From assembly GCA_045594445.1 (NCBI GenBank), contig JAZNYL010000006.1, positions 1 to 59,497 on the forward strand: DNA of 59,497 bases, in the 5' to 3' direction. Made by a program: the position numbers and the translations under genes. How positions within the stretch are numbered: the first letter of the stretch is position 1; every line of letters begins with the position of its first letter. The notes under the pieces were generated by a model, which saw only the letters and a list, made by a program, of their open reading frames with translations, made no database searches and was not told the origin of the DNA. Origin of the DNA: Eubacteriales bacterium. Lineage in GTDB: Bacteria; Bacillota; Clostridia; Oscillospirales; CAG-272. Below, one piece after another: positions 46,978 through 57,138 of this stretch.

Positions 46978-49017
46978 ATGGGTAAGATCAACGTGCTTTC
47001 CTTTGAGGTCGCCAATCTGATCGCCGCCGGTGAGGTAGTGGACAGACCCGCGTCGGCCATCAAGGAAATGATGGAAAACGCAATAGACGCAGGCGCGTCA
47101 CGCATCACCGTGGAAATTCAGAACGGTGGCGTGACTTTTATGCGCGTGTCCGATAACGGACACGGCATGCCGCCCGAGGATCTGCCCATGGCGATCAGAC
47201 GCCACGCCACCAGCAAGATCAGCGAGCCGGAGGATCTGGACGGCATCGCCACGCTGGGATTCCGCGGTGAGGCCTTGGCGGCCATTGCGGCTGTCTCCCG
47301 CCTGCGTATTCTGTCCAAAACGCCGGACGCTGCGCTTGGCGCGCAGATGGACGTCAACTGCGGTGAGATCGTGGATATCACCGAGCGCGGCTGCGCGGTG
47401 GGCACCACCGTGATCGCAGAGGATCTGTTTGCCAACGTGCCCGCGCGCCGCAAGTTCTTGAAGCGCGACGTGACCGAGGCCATGGCCGTGAGTGCCAACG
47501 TGGAAAAAATCGCGCTCTCGCACCCCGAGATTGCGTTCCGGTTGATCGTAGACGGCAACTTAAAGCTGGAAACGGTGGGTGACGGCAGTCTCAAGAGTGC
47601 GGTATGGTCGGTGTTCGGCAAGGATTTTGCCTCGCGTCTGATTGAGGTAAACGGTGACTTTGACGGCATTACGGTAAAGGGCTATATCGGCCGCCCCGAT
47701 AACGTACGTCCCAACCGCAACTATCAGAATTTCTTTATCAATTCTCGCTATATCAAGAGCAAAACGGCCAGCGCCGCGCTGGAGCAGGCGTTTACGTCGT
47801 ATTGCGCACCCGAAAAATTCCCGTGCTGCGTGCTGTTTATCAATCTCAATCCCGCCCGCGTGGACGTCAACGTGCATCCCGCCAAGTTAGAGGTCAAGTT
47901 TACCAATGAAAAGCCCGTGTTTGAAAGCGTGTACTACGCGGTCAGACAAGCACTTGAACAGAATACCGCACGCCCCGAGCTGCAGATCCCCAAGCAAAAG
48001 CCGTCGGTCTCCGATGCCTTTACCTCGGTGGAGCGCGGTGAATCGCTGCAAAAGCGACAGATTACCATGGATACTGCCGCCGCTGCACCTGCCCCCGCAA
48101 AGCCTCAAAAGGGAGAGGCGTGGGAGCATTTGACCGCGCAGCAGTACGTAGAGCAGTACGTTCAGGGCAAAAAGCCGGAAAAGCAGGCCCCCGCGCCTGA
48201 AAAAACTGACAAACCCGTGGGACAGGGACTTGCTCCTGCCGCGAATTCCGCATCCTCCGTAGGACAGGGACTTGCTCCTGCCGCGAATTCCGCATCCTCC
48301 GTAGGGCAGGGGCTTGCTCCTGCCGCGAATTCCGCATCCCCCGTAGGGCAGGGGCTTGCTCCTGCCGCGAATCCCGCCCCCTCCCACACTCCGCTGCCCA
48401 AAGAACCCGAGCGCACCCCCGCGCCCACGGCAGAAAAGGGCACGTACCGTCTGGTCGGACAGGTATTCAACGCATACCTGATTGTGGAGATCGGCGAAAG
48501 AATGCTGCTGATCGATCAGCACGCAGCGCACGAGCGCATTCTGTTTGAGCAGCTCAAGGCCAATATGCGCGAAAAGGAGGCCTCCTCGCAGCTTCTGATA
48601 CTGCCCATTGAGGTCATGATGACCTCGGGCGAGGTACAAACGCTCGGTGACTTCCGTGCCGAGCTTGAGGCAGTCGGCTTCAGCTTTTCCACGGGCCGCT
48701 TTACCGTGACCGTGGACGCAATTCCGACCGGCCTTGAATCCGACGCGGTGGCGCAAATGCTGCCCGTGATTGCCGAGAGATTGCAGAGCGGTACGGGAAA
48801 CGCATCCCTGACGCGTGACATCGTGTTTGAAAAGGCGCTTTATCAAGGCGCTTGCAAGGCTGCCATCAAGGCAGGGCGTGTATACGCTCCCGAGCATCTT
48901 TCCTGGCTGGTGGATCGGCTCATGGAGCTGCCCGATATTACCTACTGCCCGCACGGCAGACCGGTTGCCATGGAAATGAGCAAGAAAAATTTGGACAGAC
49001 AATTTGAAAGATCATAA
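46978..49017 (+). CDS. mutL: DNA mismatch repair endonuclease MutL
   Basis: IAAGEVVDRP, HATSKI, LGFRGEAL, DQHAAHERILFE, ACKAAIK, CPHGRP; repeat-expanded linker. Confidence 0.98.
   Translation: MGKINVLSFEVANLIAAGEVVDRPASAIKEMMENAIDAGASRITVEIQNGGVTFMRVSDNGHGMPPEDLPMAIRRHATSKISEPEDLDGIATLGFRGEALAAIAAVSRLRILSKTPDAALGAQMDVNCGEIVDITERGCAVGTTVIAEDLFANVPARRKFLKRDVTEAMAVSANVEKIALSHPEIAFRLIVDGNLKLETVGDGSLKSAVWSVFGKDFASRLIEVNGDFDGITVKGYIGRPDNVRPNRNYQNFFINSRYIKSKTASAALEQAFTSYCAPEKFPCCVLFINLNPARVDVNVHPAKLEVKFTNEKPVFESVYYAVRQALEQNTARPELQIPKQKPSVSDAFTSVERGESLQKRQITMDTAAAAPAPAKPQKGEAWEHLTAQQYVEQYVQGKKPEKQAPAPEKTDKPVGQGLAPAANSASSVGQGLAPAANSASSVGQGLAPAANSASPVGQGLAPAANPAPSHTPLPKEPERTPAPTAEKGTYRLVGQVFNAYLIVEIGERMLLIDQHAAHERILFEQLKANMREKEASSQLLILPIEVMMTSGEVQTLGDFRAELEAVGFSFSTGRFTVTVDAIPTGLESDAVAQMLPVIAERLQSGTGNASLTRDIVFEKALYQGACKAAIKAGRVYAPEHLSWLVDRLMELPDITYCPHGRPVAMEMSKKNLDRQFERS
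48217..48384 (+). repeat. 4 x 42-bp in-frame tandem repeat with a GTAG/GTGG-headed palindrome (REP-like) inside mutL
   Basis: Units start at 48217, 48259, 48301 and 48343; core GTAG-GGCAGGGGC-TT-GCTCCTGCC; encodes VGQGLAPAANSASS/P. Confidence 0.92.
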
Positions 49018-49075
49018 ACACAAATAACAGGCGATATCCTGTACTGATATTGGCCGAAGAAAGGACACAGCTATT

Positions 49076-50212
49076 ATGTTCGAACTCAAAAAACAAGAGG
49101 GAAGAGCGCGCAGAGGCGTGCTGCACACCCCGCACGGCGACATAGAGACGCCGGTATTTATGAACGTGGGCACTTGCGCTGCCATCAAGGGCGGCGTATC
49201 AACCGTAGAGCTCAAGACCATTGATTGCCAGGTTGAGCTTTCCAACACCTACCATCTGCACATCCGTCCCGGTGACAAGCTGATCCACGATATGGGCGGC
49301 CTGCACAAGTTCATGAACTGGGACAGACCGATTCTGACCGACTCGGGCGGATTTCAGGTATTCTCCCTGTCTTCCTTGCGCAAGATCAAGGAGGAGGGCG
49401 TGTACTTTGCCTCTCATATCGATGGCAAGCGCATTTTCATGGGCCCCGAGGAGAGCATGCAGATCCAATCCAACCTCGCCTCAACCATTGCCATGGCGTT
49501 TGACGAGTGCGTGGAAAACCCCGCAACCTACGAATACGTCAAGCAATCCTCCGAGCGCACCATTCGCTGGCTGGCACGCTGCAAGGCCGAAATGCAAAGG
49601 CTCAACTCCTTGCCCGAGACCATCAACAAGCAGCAGATGCTGTTCGGCATCAACCAGGGCGGCACTTACGAGGATCTGCGAATCGATAACATGCAGCGCA
49701 TCGCAGAGCTGGATCTGGACGGTTACGCCATCGGCGGTCTTGCCGTGGGCGAGAGCACCGAGGATATGTACCGCATCATTGACGCGGTAGAGCCTCACAT
49801 GCCGATCAATAAGCCCAGATATCTGATGGGCGTGGGCACGCCCTGCAACATCATTGAGGCCGTGCATCTGGGCGTTGACTTCTTTGACTGCGTCATGCCC
49901 TCGCGTAACGCACGCCACGGCACGCTGTTTACCTGGGAGGGCAAGATGAGCGTGCTCAACGAAAAGTACGCTCGCGATCCTCGCCCCATCGGTGTGACCT
50001 GCGATTGCCCCACCTGCCAGAATTACAGCCGCTCCTATATCCGCCATCTGATCAAAGCCAAGGAATCGCTTGGTATGCGTCTGGCGGTACAGCACAATCT
50101 GTATTTCTACAATCAGCTTACCCGCCGCATCCGCGAGGCCTTGGACGAGGGCAGATTTGAGGAATTCTATCAGAGATATCATGTAGCTCTTGGCGAAAGG
50201 AATCCCGACTGA
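49076..50212 (+). CDS. tgt: tRNA-guanine transglycosylase (bacterial preQ1 type)
   Basis: TPVFMNVGT, NTYHL, TDSGGFQVFSL, FDEC, GGLAVGE, CDCPTC. Confidence 0.97.
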   Translation: MFELKKQEGRARRGVLHTPHGDIETPVFMNVGTCAAIKGGVSTVELKTIDCQVELSNTYHLHIRPGDKLIHDMGGLHKFMNWDRPILTDSGGFQVFSLSSLRKIKEEGVYFASHIDGKRIFMGPEESMQIQSNLASTIAMAFDECVENPATYEYVKQSSERTIRWLARCKAEMQRLNSLPETINKQQMLFGINQGGTYEDLRIDNMQRIAELDLDGYAIGGLAVGESTEDMYRIIDAVEPHMPINKPRYLMGVGTPCNIIEAVHLGVDFFDCVMPSRNARHGTLFTWEGKMSVLNEKYARDPRPIGVTCDCPTCQNYSRSYIRHLIKAKESLGMRLAVQHNLYFYNQLTRRIREALDEGRFEEFYQRYHVALGERNPD

Positions 50213-50880
50213 TGATTTGCGCTGTCATTTTCGATAAGGACGGCACACTGCACGATACCGAAAAGGTGTACCACCGCGCCTGGCGAAAGGCGGCAGAAGA
50301 GATGGGCGTGCCGCGCATTATGGAGTTCGTGGCCCTTTGTACGGGCACCAATTATGCAAGAACTGCCGAGCTTTGGCAGGAGTTTTACGGCGATGCGTTT
50401 GCTTTCCGTCCTTTCTGGGAGCTGCGCAATGCCATTTATGACGAGATGATTGAGACCGAGGGACTGCCCGTCAAGGACGGCGCGTACGAGCTTTTGGATT
50501 ATCTCAAGGATAACGGCTACAAGATCGGCCTTGCCACCTCGACCAACGCGCCCCGAGTGGAAAGACACTTAGTAAAGTCGGATATGAAAAAATATTTTGA
50601 CGCAGTGGTCACGGGCGATACCGTGCAAAGAGGAAAGCCTGCCCCCGATATCTTTTTGATTGCGGCCGAGCGTCTTGGCACAAATCCCGCAGCATGCATG
50701 GGCGTGGAGGATTCGTTCAACGGCGTGCGCGCGGTCAAGGCAGCCGGTATGTATACGGTCATGGCACCCGATATGATAAAGCCCACAAAAGAAATTCTTG
50801 ATCTGACGGACGCCTGCGTGCAGGATCTCGGACAGATTATTCCGATACTTGAAAACATGAAAGGAAGACGAGAATCATGA
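50212..50880 (+). CDS. HAD family phosphatase
   Basis: FDKDGTL.D, ATS, GKPAPDIF, EDSFNG. Confidence 0.9.
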   Translation: MICAVIFDKDGTLHDTEKVYHRAWRKAAEEMGVPRIMEFVALCTGTNYARTAELWQEFYGDAFAFRPFWELRNAIYDEMIETEGLPVKDGAYELLDYLKDNGYKIGLATSTNAPRVERHLVKSDMKKYFDAVVTGDTVQRGKPAPDIFLIAAERLGTNPAACMGVEDSFNGVRAVKAAGMYTVMAPDMIKPTKEILDLTDACVQDLGQIIPILENMKGRRES

Positions 50881-52256
50881 TTGAAAAAAGACTTGCCGAG
50901 GAGATCCTCGGAATTGCGCTCTCGGGTGGCGGCGATTTTGCCGAGATTTACCAGGAGCTGACGCAAAATGGCAACATCCGCATGGTGGATGGCAAAATCG
51001 AGGCCATTGGTGACAACGTGCTCTCGGGCGTGGGCATCCGTACCTTTATCGGTACACAGACTGTCTATGCGACCACAACTGACATTACAAGAGAAGGACT
51101 GATTCGTTGCGCGAAGTCGGTAGCAGAGGCTGTCGGCGAGATCAAGGGAGCTGTTTCCTTGCATCTTTGCGAGCGCATTTTCCCCAACATTCACCCCGTG
51201 ACCACCGTTCCCGCAACTGCCGAGATGAAGTACAAGATCGATCTGCTCAAATCCGCCTGCAACACGGCAAAGAGCTACGATCAGAGCATCGTACAGGTAG
51301 CAGGTAACCTTCTGATGGTGGACCATTCCATTCTGGTTGCCAACTCCGAGGGCCTTTACACCACCGACAGACATATCCGCACCCGCATGGCAGTCAATGC
51401 CGTCGCGTCCAACGGTCATGAGAACCAGTCCGGCTCTTGCGCACCCGGTCGCGGCATGGGCCTTGAGGTGTTTGATCTCTTCCGTCCCGAGGACATCGGC
51501 CGTGAGGCTGCAAGACAGGCTGTGGTCAATCTGAACGCTTCCTACTGTCCTGCAGGCAAAATGACGGTTGCCATCGAAAACGGCTTTGGCGGCGTGATTT
51601 TCCACGAGGCTTGCGGTCACTCGCTTGAGGCAACCTCGGTTGCCATCGGTGCTTCCCAGATGGCAGGCAAGCTTGGCCAGATGATTGCCAACCCCAAGGT
51701 CACCGCCATTGACGACGGCACCATTCCGAACGGCTGGGGCTCTGTCAACATCGACGACGAGGGCAATCCCACCAAGCGTAACGTGCTGATCGAAAACGGC
51801 GTTCTCAAGAGCTACATGGTAGACCGCCTGGGCTCTCGCCGCATGGGTCTGCCCATGACCGGCAACAGCCGCAGACAGGGCTACGAATACGAGCCCACCA
51901 GCCGTATGACCAATACCTTTATCGACAACGGTCCCGACAAGAACGAGGACATCATCGCGTCTATCGAGTACGGTCTGTACGCAAAGGAAATGGGCGGCGG
52001 CTCGGTCAATCCTCTGACCGGCGCGTTCAACTTCTCGGTGCGCGAGGGCTACATCGTACGTAACGGCAAGATCTGTGAGGCTGTGCGCGGCGCATCGCTG
52101 ATCGGTACCGGCTCTCAGATCATCAAGGATATCGACATGGTTGGTCAGAATCTGGTAACCGGCCAGGGTATGTGCGGCTCGTCCAGCGGCAGCGTACCTA
52201 CCGACGTCGGTCAGCCCCTGATCCGTGTATCCGAGATCACGGTCGGCGGCAGATAA
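50877..52256 (+). CDS. tldD: TldD metalloprotease
   Basis: IFHEACGHSLE, DDEG, RMTNTFI, GMCGSSSGSVP. Confidence 0.9.
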   Translation: MIEKRLAEEILGIALSGGGDFAEIYQELTQNGNIRMVDGKIEAIGDNVLSGVGIRTFIGTQTVYATTTDITREGLIRCAKSVAEAVGEIKGAVSLHLCERIFPNIHPVTTVPATAEMKYKIDLLKSACNTAKSYDQSIVQVAGNLLMVDHSILVANSEGLYTTDRHIRTRMAVNAVASNGHENQSGSCAPGRGMGLEVFDLFRPEDIGREAARQAVVNLNASYCPAGKMTVAIENGFGGVIFHEACGHSLEATSVAIGASQMAGKLGQMIANPKVTAIDDGTIPNGWGSVNIDDEGNPTKRNVLIENGVLKSYMVDRLGSRRMGLPMTGNSRRQGYEYEPTSRMTNTFIDNGPDKNEDIIASIEYGLYAKEMGGGSVNPLTGAFNFSVREGYIVRNGKICEAVRGASLIGTGSQIIKDIDMVGQNLVTGQGMCGSSSGSVPTDVGQPLIRVSEITVGGR

Positions 52257-52268
52257 GGAGGCAGAGAT

Positions 52269-53612
52269 ATGGAACTTAGCAGAGCAAAACAGATCATCTT
52301 CGATGCGGCACGTGCTGCAGGTCTTGAAGAATATGAAATTTACTATATGAACAGCTCCAGCCTCTCCGCAGAGGCACTCAAGGATTCTCTGAGCGGCTTT
52401 TCCTGTGGCTCGGGTGGCGGCATCAGCCTGCGCTGCATGGTGAATGGCAAGATGGGATACGCTTCCACCGAGCTGTTTACCGAAGGCGAGCTTGCGGACC
52501 TTGTACGCCGCGCTTGCGACAACGCGCGCTACATTGAAAAGGAAGATACCGCGCCTATTTTTGCAGGCTCCGAGAGCTATGCAACCACCAATATGCCCAA
52601 ATTCGTGCCGCTGAGTGCTGCCGAGGCTAAGGCTATGACGCTGGATATGCAGAAGCAGATCTACGCTGCACACGAGGGTGTGACAGACGGCACGCAGGCA
52701 GCTTGCATCTCCTCCGAGATCGAGATCTACCTGTGCAATTCTCACGGCCTGGAGCTTTCCAACCGCGCAGGGCTGAATGGCGTTTACGCAATGCCCATCG
52801 TCAAGATCGGCGAGGAGAGCGCAGACGCGTTTGCATTCGCGCTTTGCTCGGACGAGGAAAAGGTCGCCGAGCTTGCAAAGAAGGCAACCGACAAGGCAGT
52901 GCTCAAGATCGGTGCGGGCAGCGTGCCCTCCGGCAAGACCAATATCGTGCTGGCAGGCAGCGAAATGCGCTCCATCCTCTCGGTATTCTCCAGCGCATTC
53001 TCGGCAAGAAACGCGCAGCTCGGTCTTTCCTTGCTTGCAGGTAAGGAAGGTCAGAAGATTGCGGCAGACTGCGTGTGCATCACCGACGATCCCATGAGAG
53101 AGGGCGCGCCCATGCAGACTCACTTTGACGGCGAGGGCGTGGCAACCTACAAAAAGGACATTGTCAAGGACGGCGTGCTGACCACGCTGCTCTACGACCT
53201 GACCACGGCTGCCAAGGCGGGCGTTGCCTCCACGGGTAACGGCATGCGCGGCTCGTATGCGTCGCAGGTCAACGTCGCTCCCTTTAACTTCAGCCTCTGT
53301 CCCGGCACTTTGACCGAGGACGAGCTGATCGCCAAGGCGGAGAACGGCATTTACGTCACCGCAGTCAAGGGCTTGCACGCAGGTGCGGACGCCACCACGG
53401 GTGACTTCTCGATCGAGAGCGAGGGCTTTCTCATCGAGAACGGCAAGAAGACCACCTACGTGCGCTCCTTTACCATCGCGGGCAACTTCTTCGAGCTGCT
53501 CAAGAACATCGACAGCCTGTCCGATACCGTGGAATGGGGTATTCCCGGCGGCTTTACCGTGTTCGGCGCACCCGCTGCGCTGATCAAGGATATGAGCGTG
53601 GCAGGTAAGTAA
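52269..53612 (+). CDS. pmbA: TldE/PmbA partner subunit
   Basis: FDGEGV, STGNG, TGDFSI, TIAGN; lacks HExxxH; follows tldD. Confidence 0.85.
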   Translation: MELSRAKQIIFDAARAAGLEEYEIYYMNSSSLSAEALKDSLSGFSCGSGGGISLRCMVNGKMGYASTELFTEGELADLVRRACDNARYIEKEDTAPIFAGSESYATTNMPKFVPLSAAEAKAMTLDMQKQIYAAHEGVTDGTQAACISSEIEIYLCNSHGLELSNRAGLNGVYAMPIVKIGEESADAFAFALCSDEEKVAELAKKATDKAVLKIGAGSVPSGKTNIVLAGSEMRSILSVFSSAFSARNAQLGLSLLAGKEGQKIAADCVCITDDPMREGAPMQTHFDGEGVATYKKDIVKDGVLTTLLYDLTTAAKAGVASTGNGMRGSYASQVNVAPFNFSLCPGTLTEDELIAKAENGIYVTAVKGLHAGADATTGDFSIESEGFLIENGKKTTYVRSFTIAGNFFELLKNIDSLSDTVEWGIPGGFTVFGAPAALIKDMSVAGK

Positions 53613-53628
53613 TTTTTATACAATCATT

Positions 53629-53671
53629 AAGGCTCTGCCAAGTGTGAAAAAATACTTGACAGAGCCTTTTT
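53629..53671 (+). terminator. Intrinsic terminator
   Basis: AGGCTCTGCCAAGT...ACTTGACAGAGCC followed by a T-run. Confidence 0.7.
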
Positions 53672-53703
53672 GTGTGCATTTTGCTAAAAATATGCAATTC
53701 CCC

Positions 53704-53732
53704 TTGACAAAAAATGCAAAATAGATTATAAT
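53704..53732 (+). promoter_or_regulatory. Consensus sigma-A promoter of rny
   Basis: TTGACA-N17-TATAAT. Confidence 0.85.
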
Positions 53733-53813
53733 AAAGTAAGTATTGTAAACTGCATGAAGTGTTTTTTGCTATACTTTTATAGAAACCCACAGGAAAAGGA
53801 GGTGTACAAGAAA

Positions 53814-55376
53814 ATGCCATGGGAAAACCCCATAGCTTTTTGGATCAGCATTGTAGTTGTGGCTCTGGTTTGCATTGTAATCGGCGTTGTTGCGGGCATT
53901 CTTTACCGTAAAAAGATCGCTGAGCGCGCCATCGGCTCTGCTGAGCAGAAGGCCAAGGCTTTGGTTGAAGAAGGCCAAAAGCAGGCGGCTTCGGCACAGA
54001 AAGAGGCTTTGCTCTCCGCAAAGGAAGAAATTATGCGTCAGCGTAACGACTTCGAGAGAGAGATGAAGGAGCGCAGAAACGAAGTATCCAGAACAGAGTC
54101 GCGACTTGCCAAAAAGGAAGAAACTCTTGAGAAAAAGACCGAGCAGGTCGAGCACAAGAGTGAGCAGCTTGACAAAAAGATTAAGGAAAATGAGCAGTTC
54201 CGTGAATTGATCGCAGAACAGTTGAAAATGCAGATGAACAAGCTTGAAGCCATCGCAGGCTATTCCGCCGAGCAGGCCAAGGAAGAATTGGTCGCGCGCG
54301 TGGAAAACGAGGCAAAGGAAGAGATTGCCAGACGCCTTGAGGAGCTTGAAGCACAGTACAAGGAGGATGCCGAGGAAAAGGCTCGTGACATCATCACCCT
54401 TGCCATTCAGCGTTATGCATCCGACCAGGTAGCCGAGGTCACCATTTCGACCGTCGCGCTTCCCAATGACGACATGAAGGGACGTATCATCGGTAGAGAG
54501 GGACGTAACATCCAGCAGCTTGAAAAGCTGACCGGTGTGGAATTGATCGTGGACGATACCCCCGAAACTATCATTCTTTCGGGCTTTGATCCCGTTCGCC
54601 GCGAGGTTGCAAGACTCGCCCTTGAAAAATTGATTGCAGACGGCAGAATCCATCCTACCCGTATTGAGGAAATGGTGGAGAAGGCCAAGAGAGAGGTTGA
54701 CACGGCTGTCAAGCAGGCGGGTGAACGCGCTATCTACGAGGTTGGCGTTCGTAACCTGAATCCCGAGCTTGTCAGACTGCTTGGCAGACTTCGCTACAGA
54801 ACCAGCTACGGACAGAACGTACTCAAGCACTCCATTGAGGTTGCCTTCCTGGCAGGCGTGATGGCAGAGGAGCTTGGCGTGGACGCAACGCTTGCACGCC
54901 GCGCAGGTCTGCTTCACGATATCGGTAAGGCATTCCCGCAGGACGTTGAGGGTACGCACGTACAGATCGGCGTAAACGCCGTCAAGAAGTACAAGGAGAG
55001 CCGTGAGGTCGTGCATGCGATCGAGGCTCACCACAACGACGTTGAACCCAAGACCGTGATCGCATTCCTCGTGCAGGCAGCAGACGCCATTTCGGCAGCA
55101 AGACCCGGTGCCCGCAGAGAGGACATGGAAAACTACATCAAGCGTCTTGAAAAGATCGAAGAGATCGCGAAATCCTTCGGTGGCGTTGACAAGGCTTATG
55201 CAATTCAGGCGGGTAGAGAGATCCGCGTGATGGTCAACCCCGATACCGTCAGCGATGACAACATGAAGGTGGTTGCAAGAGAGATGGCTGAAAAGATTCA
55301 GAACGAGGTTCAGTATCCCGGCCAGATCAAGATCAACATCATTCGCGAAAGCCGCGTTGTAGATTACGCAAAGTAA
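53814..55376 (+). CDS. rny: Ribonuclease Y
   Basis: N-terminal TM, coiled coil, KH ([12 protein letters not shown]), HD (LLHDIGK), [23 protein letters not shown]. Confidence 0.97.
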   Translation: MPWENPIAFWISIVVVALVCIVIGVVAGILYRKKIAERAIGSAEQKAKALVEEGQKQAASAQKEALLSAKEEIMRQRNDFEREMKERRNEVSRTESRLAKKEETLEKKTEQVEHKSEQLDKKIKENEQFRELIAEQLKMQMNKLEAIAGYSAEQAKEELVARVENEAKEEIARRLEELEAQYKEDAEEKARDIITLAIQRYASDQVAEVTISTVALPNDDMKGRIIGREGRNIQQLEKLTGVELIVDDTPETIILSGFDPVRREVARLALEKLIADGRIHPTRIEEMVEKAKREVDTAVKQAGERAIYEVGVRNLNPELVRLLGRLRYRTSYGQNVLKHSIEVAFLAGVMAEELGVDATLARRAGLLHDIGKAFPQDVEGTHVQIGVNAVKKYKESREVVHAIEAHHNDVEPKTVIAFLVQAADAISAARPGARREDMENYIKRLEKIEEIAKSFGGVDKAYAIQAGREIRVMVNPDTVSDDNMKVVAREMAEKIQNEVQYPGQIKINIIRESRVVDYAK

Positions 55377-55522
55377 TGACAAGGTCATAATCGCACTCAA
55401 AAAATATTGCAAAAAGGATTGCCCTTAAGGGATTTTCATAGAGCTTATATAAATTCCCGCAGCAGACAATCAGCGCAAAAGCCAAAGCCTTTGCGTTGCA
55501 CCATATATATTTGATGAGACCG

Positions 55523-55557
55523 AGTAAGGGCGTCACCCATGAGGTGACGCCCTTACT
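55523..55557 (+). terminator. 15-bp perfect hairpin ~145 nt after rny (terminator or stabiliser)
   Basis: AGTAAGGGCGTCACC-CATGA-GGTGACGCCCTTACT; no clear U-tract. Confidence 0.55.
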
Positions 55558-55654
55558 AATGCCAAAAAGATAAACAAAAAATAGAAAAATAAACAAATAA
55601 TACATAAATAGGCGAAATATAGTGAAAAATCGTGAAGGCTGTGTGCGATATTGC

Positions 55655-55683
55655 TTGACAATCGGGCTTTGGTGTGGTAAAAT
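55655..55683 (+). promoter_or_regulatory. Sigma-A promoter of glyQS
   Basis: TTGACA-N17-TAAAAT with extended TG. Confidence 0.75.
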
Positions 55684-55740
55684 AAAGTATTATCATGGGT
55701 AAATATGTGAACAGTCACATTTTTCGTATGGAGGTATATT

Positions 55741-57138
55741 ATGAATAACAGCGAAAAGACTATGGACAAAATCGTCGCCCTGTGTAAGAACAGAGGCTTT
55801 ATCTATCCCGGCTCCGAGATCTACGGCGGCCTGGCAAACTCCTGGGACTACGGTCCTTTGGGAGTAGAGTTCAAGAATAACGTCAAGCGCGCTTGGTGGA
55901 AGAAGTTCGTGCAGGAATCCCGCTATAACGTGGGCCTTGACAGCGCGATCATCATGAATCCCCAGACCTGGGTTGCTTCGGGCCACTTGGGCGGCTTCTC
56001 CGATCCTTTGATGGACTGCAAGGTTTGCCGTGCACGCCACAGAGCGGACAAGCTGATTGAGGATTATGCATTCCAGAATGGCCTTGAGGACAATCCCGCA
56101 GGCTGGACCGACGACGAAATGATGGCTTACATCAAGGAAAAGCACATCTGCTGCCCCGATTGCGGCTCGGGTGACTTTACCAACATCCGTAAGTTCAATC
56201 TGATGTTCAAGACCTTTATCGGTGTCACCGAGGAGTCCACAAACACAGTATATCTGCGTCCCGAAACCGCACAGGGTATCTTTGTGCAGTTCAAGAACGT
56301 TGCGCGCTCGGGCAGAAAGAAGATGCCCTTTGGCGTTGGCCAGATCGGTAAGTCCTTCCGTAACGAGATTACCCCCGGTAACTTCGTATTCCGTACCCGC
56401 GAGTTTGAGCAGATGGAGCTGGAATTCTTCTGCAAGCCCGGTACCGACCTTGAGTGGTTCCAGTACTGGAGATCTTACTGCGAGAACTGGCTGATCAACC
56501 TTGGCATGAAGAAGGAAAATATGCGTCTGCGTGACCATAGCGCAGAGGAGCTGTGCTTCTATTCCAAGGGCACGACCGATATCGAGTTCTTGTTCCCGTT
56601 CGGTTGGGGCGAGCTGTGGGGTATTGCGGACAGAACCGACTATGACCTGACTCAGCACCAGAACGTTTCGGGCGAGAGCATGGAGTATTTCGATCCCGAG
56701 ACCAACGAAAAGTATATTCCTTACGTCATCGAGCCCTCGCTGGGCGCTGACCGCGTAGCACTTGCATTCCTTTGCGACGCATATGACGAGGAGATCGTGG
56801 ATCCCGCAAAGAACGACGTGCGCGTGGTTCTGCATCTGCATCCCGCACTGGCACCCGTTAAGGTTGCTGTGCTGCCTCTTTCCAAGAAGCTTTCCGAAAA
56901 GGCAGGCGAGATTTACGACGAGCTGGCTAAGTACTATAACTGCGAATTCGACGAGACCGGCTCTATCGGTAAGAGATACCGCCGTCAGGACGAGATCGGC
57001 ACGCCTCTTTGCATTACCTACGACTTTGAATCCGAGACCGACGGCTGCGTCACCGTTCGTGACAGAGATACCATGGAGCAGGTTCGTCTGCCCATCTCCG
57101 AGCTCAAGGCTTATATCGACAAGGTGGTAGAGTTCTGA
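55741..57138 (+). CDS. glyQS: Glycine--tRNA ligase (alpha2 type)
   Basis: [62 protein letters not shown]. Confidence 0.97.
   Translation: MNNSEKTMDKIVALCKNRGFIYPGSEIYGGLANSWDYGPLGVEFKNNVKRAWWKKFVQESRYNVGLDSAIIMNPQTWVASGHLGGFSDPLMDCKVCRARHRADKLIEDYAFQNGLEDNPAGWTDDEMMAYIKEKHICCPDCGSGDFTNIRKFNLMFKTFIGVTEESTNTVYLRPETAQGIFVQFKNVARSGRKKMPFGVGQIGKSFRNEITPGNFVFRTREFEQMELEFFCKPGTDLEWFQYWRSYCENWLINLGMKKENMRLRDHSAEELCFYSKGTTDIEFLFPFGWGELWGIADRTDYDLTQHQNVSGESMEYFDPETNEKYIPYVIEPSLGADRVALAFLCDAYDEEIVDPAKNDVRVVLHLHPALAPVKVAVLPLSKKLSEKAGEIYDELAKYYNCEFDETGSIGKRYRRQDEIGTPLCITYDFESETDGCVTVRDRDTMEQVRLPISELKAYIDKVVEF

Noticed and set aside
48217..48384. Possible CRISPR mini-array in mutL
   Set aside because: The inter-palindrome segments are near-identical rather than unique spacers, and the array is in frame in an intact gene.
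49076..50212. Possible eukaryote-like queuine-inserting TGT
   Set aside because: Retains the FDEC cysteine and GLAVG valine typical of preQ1-specific bacterial TGT.
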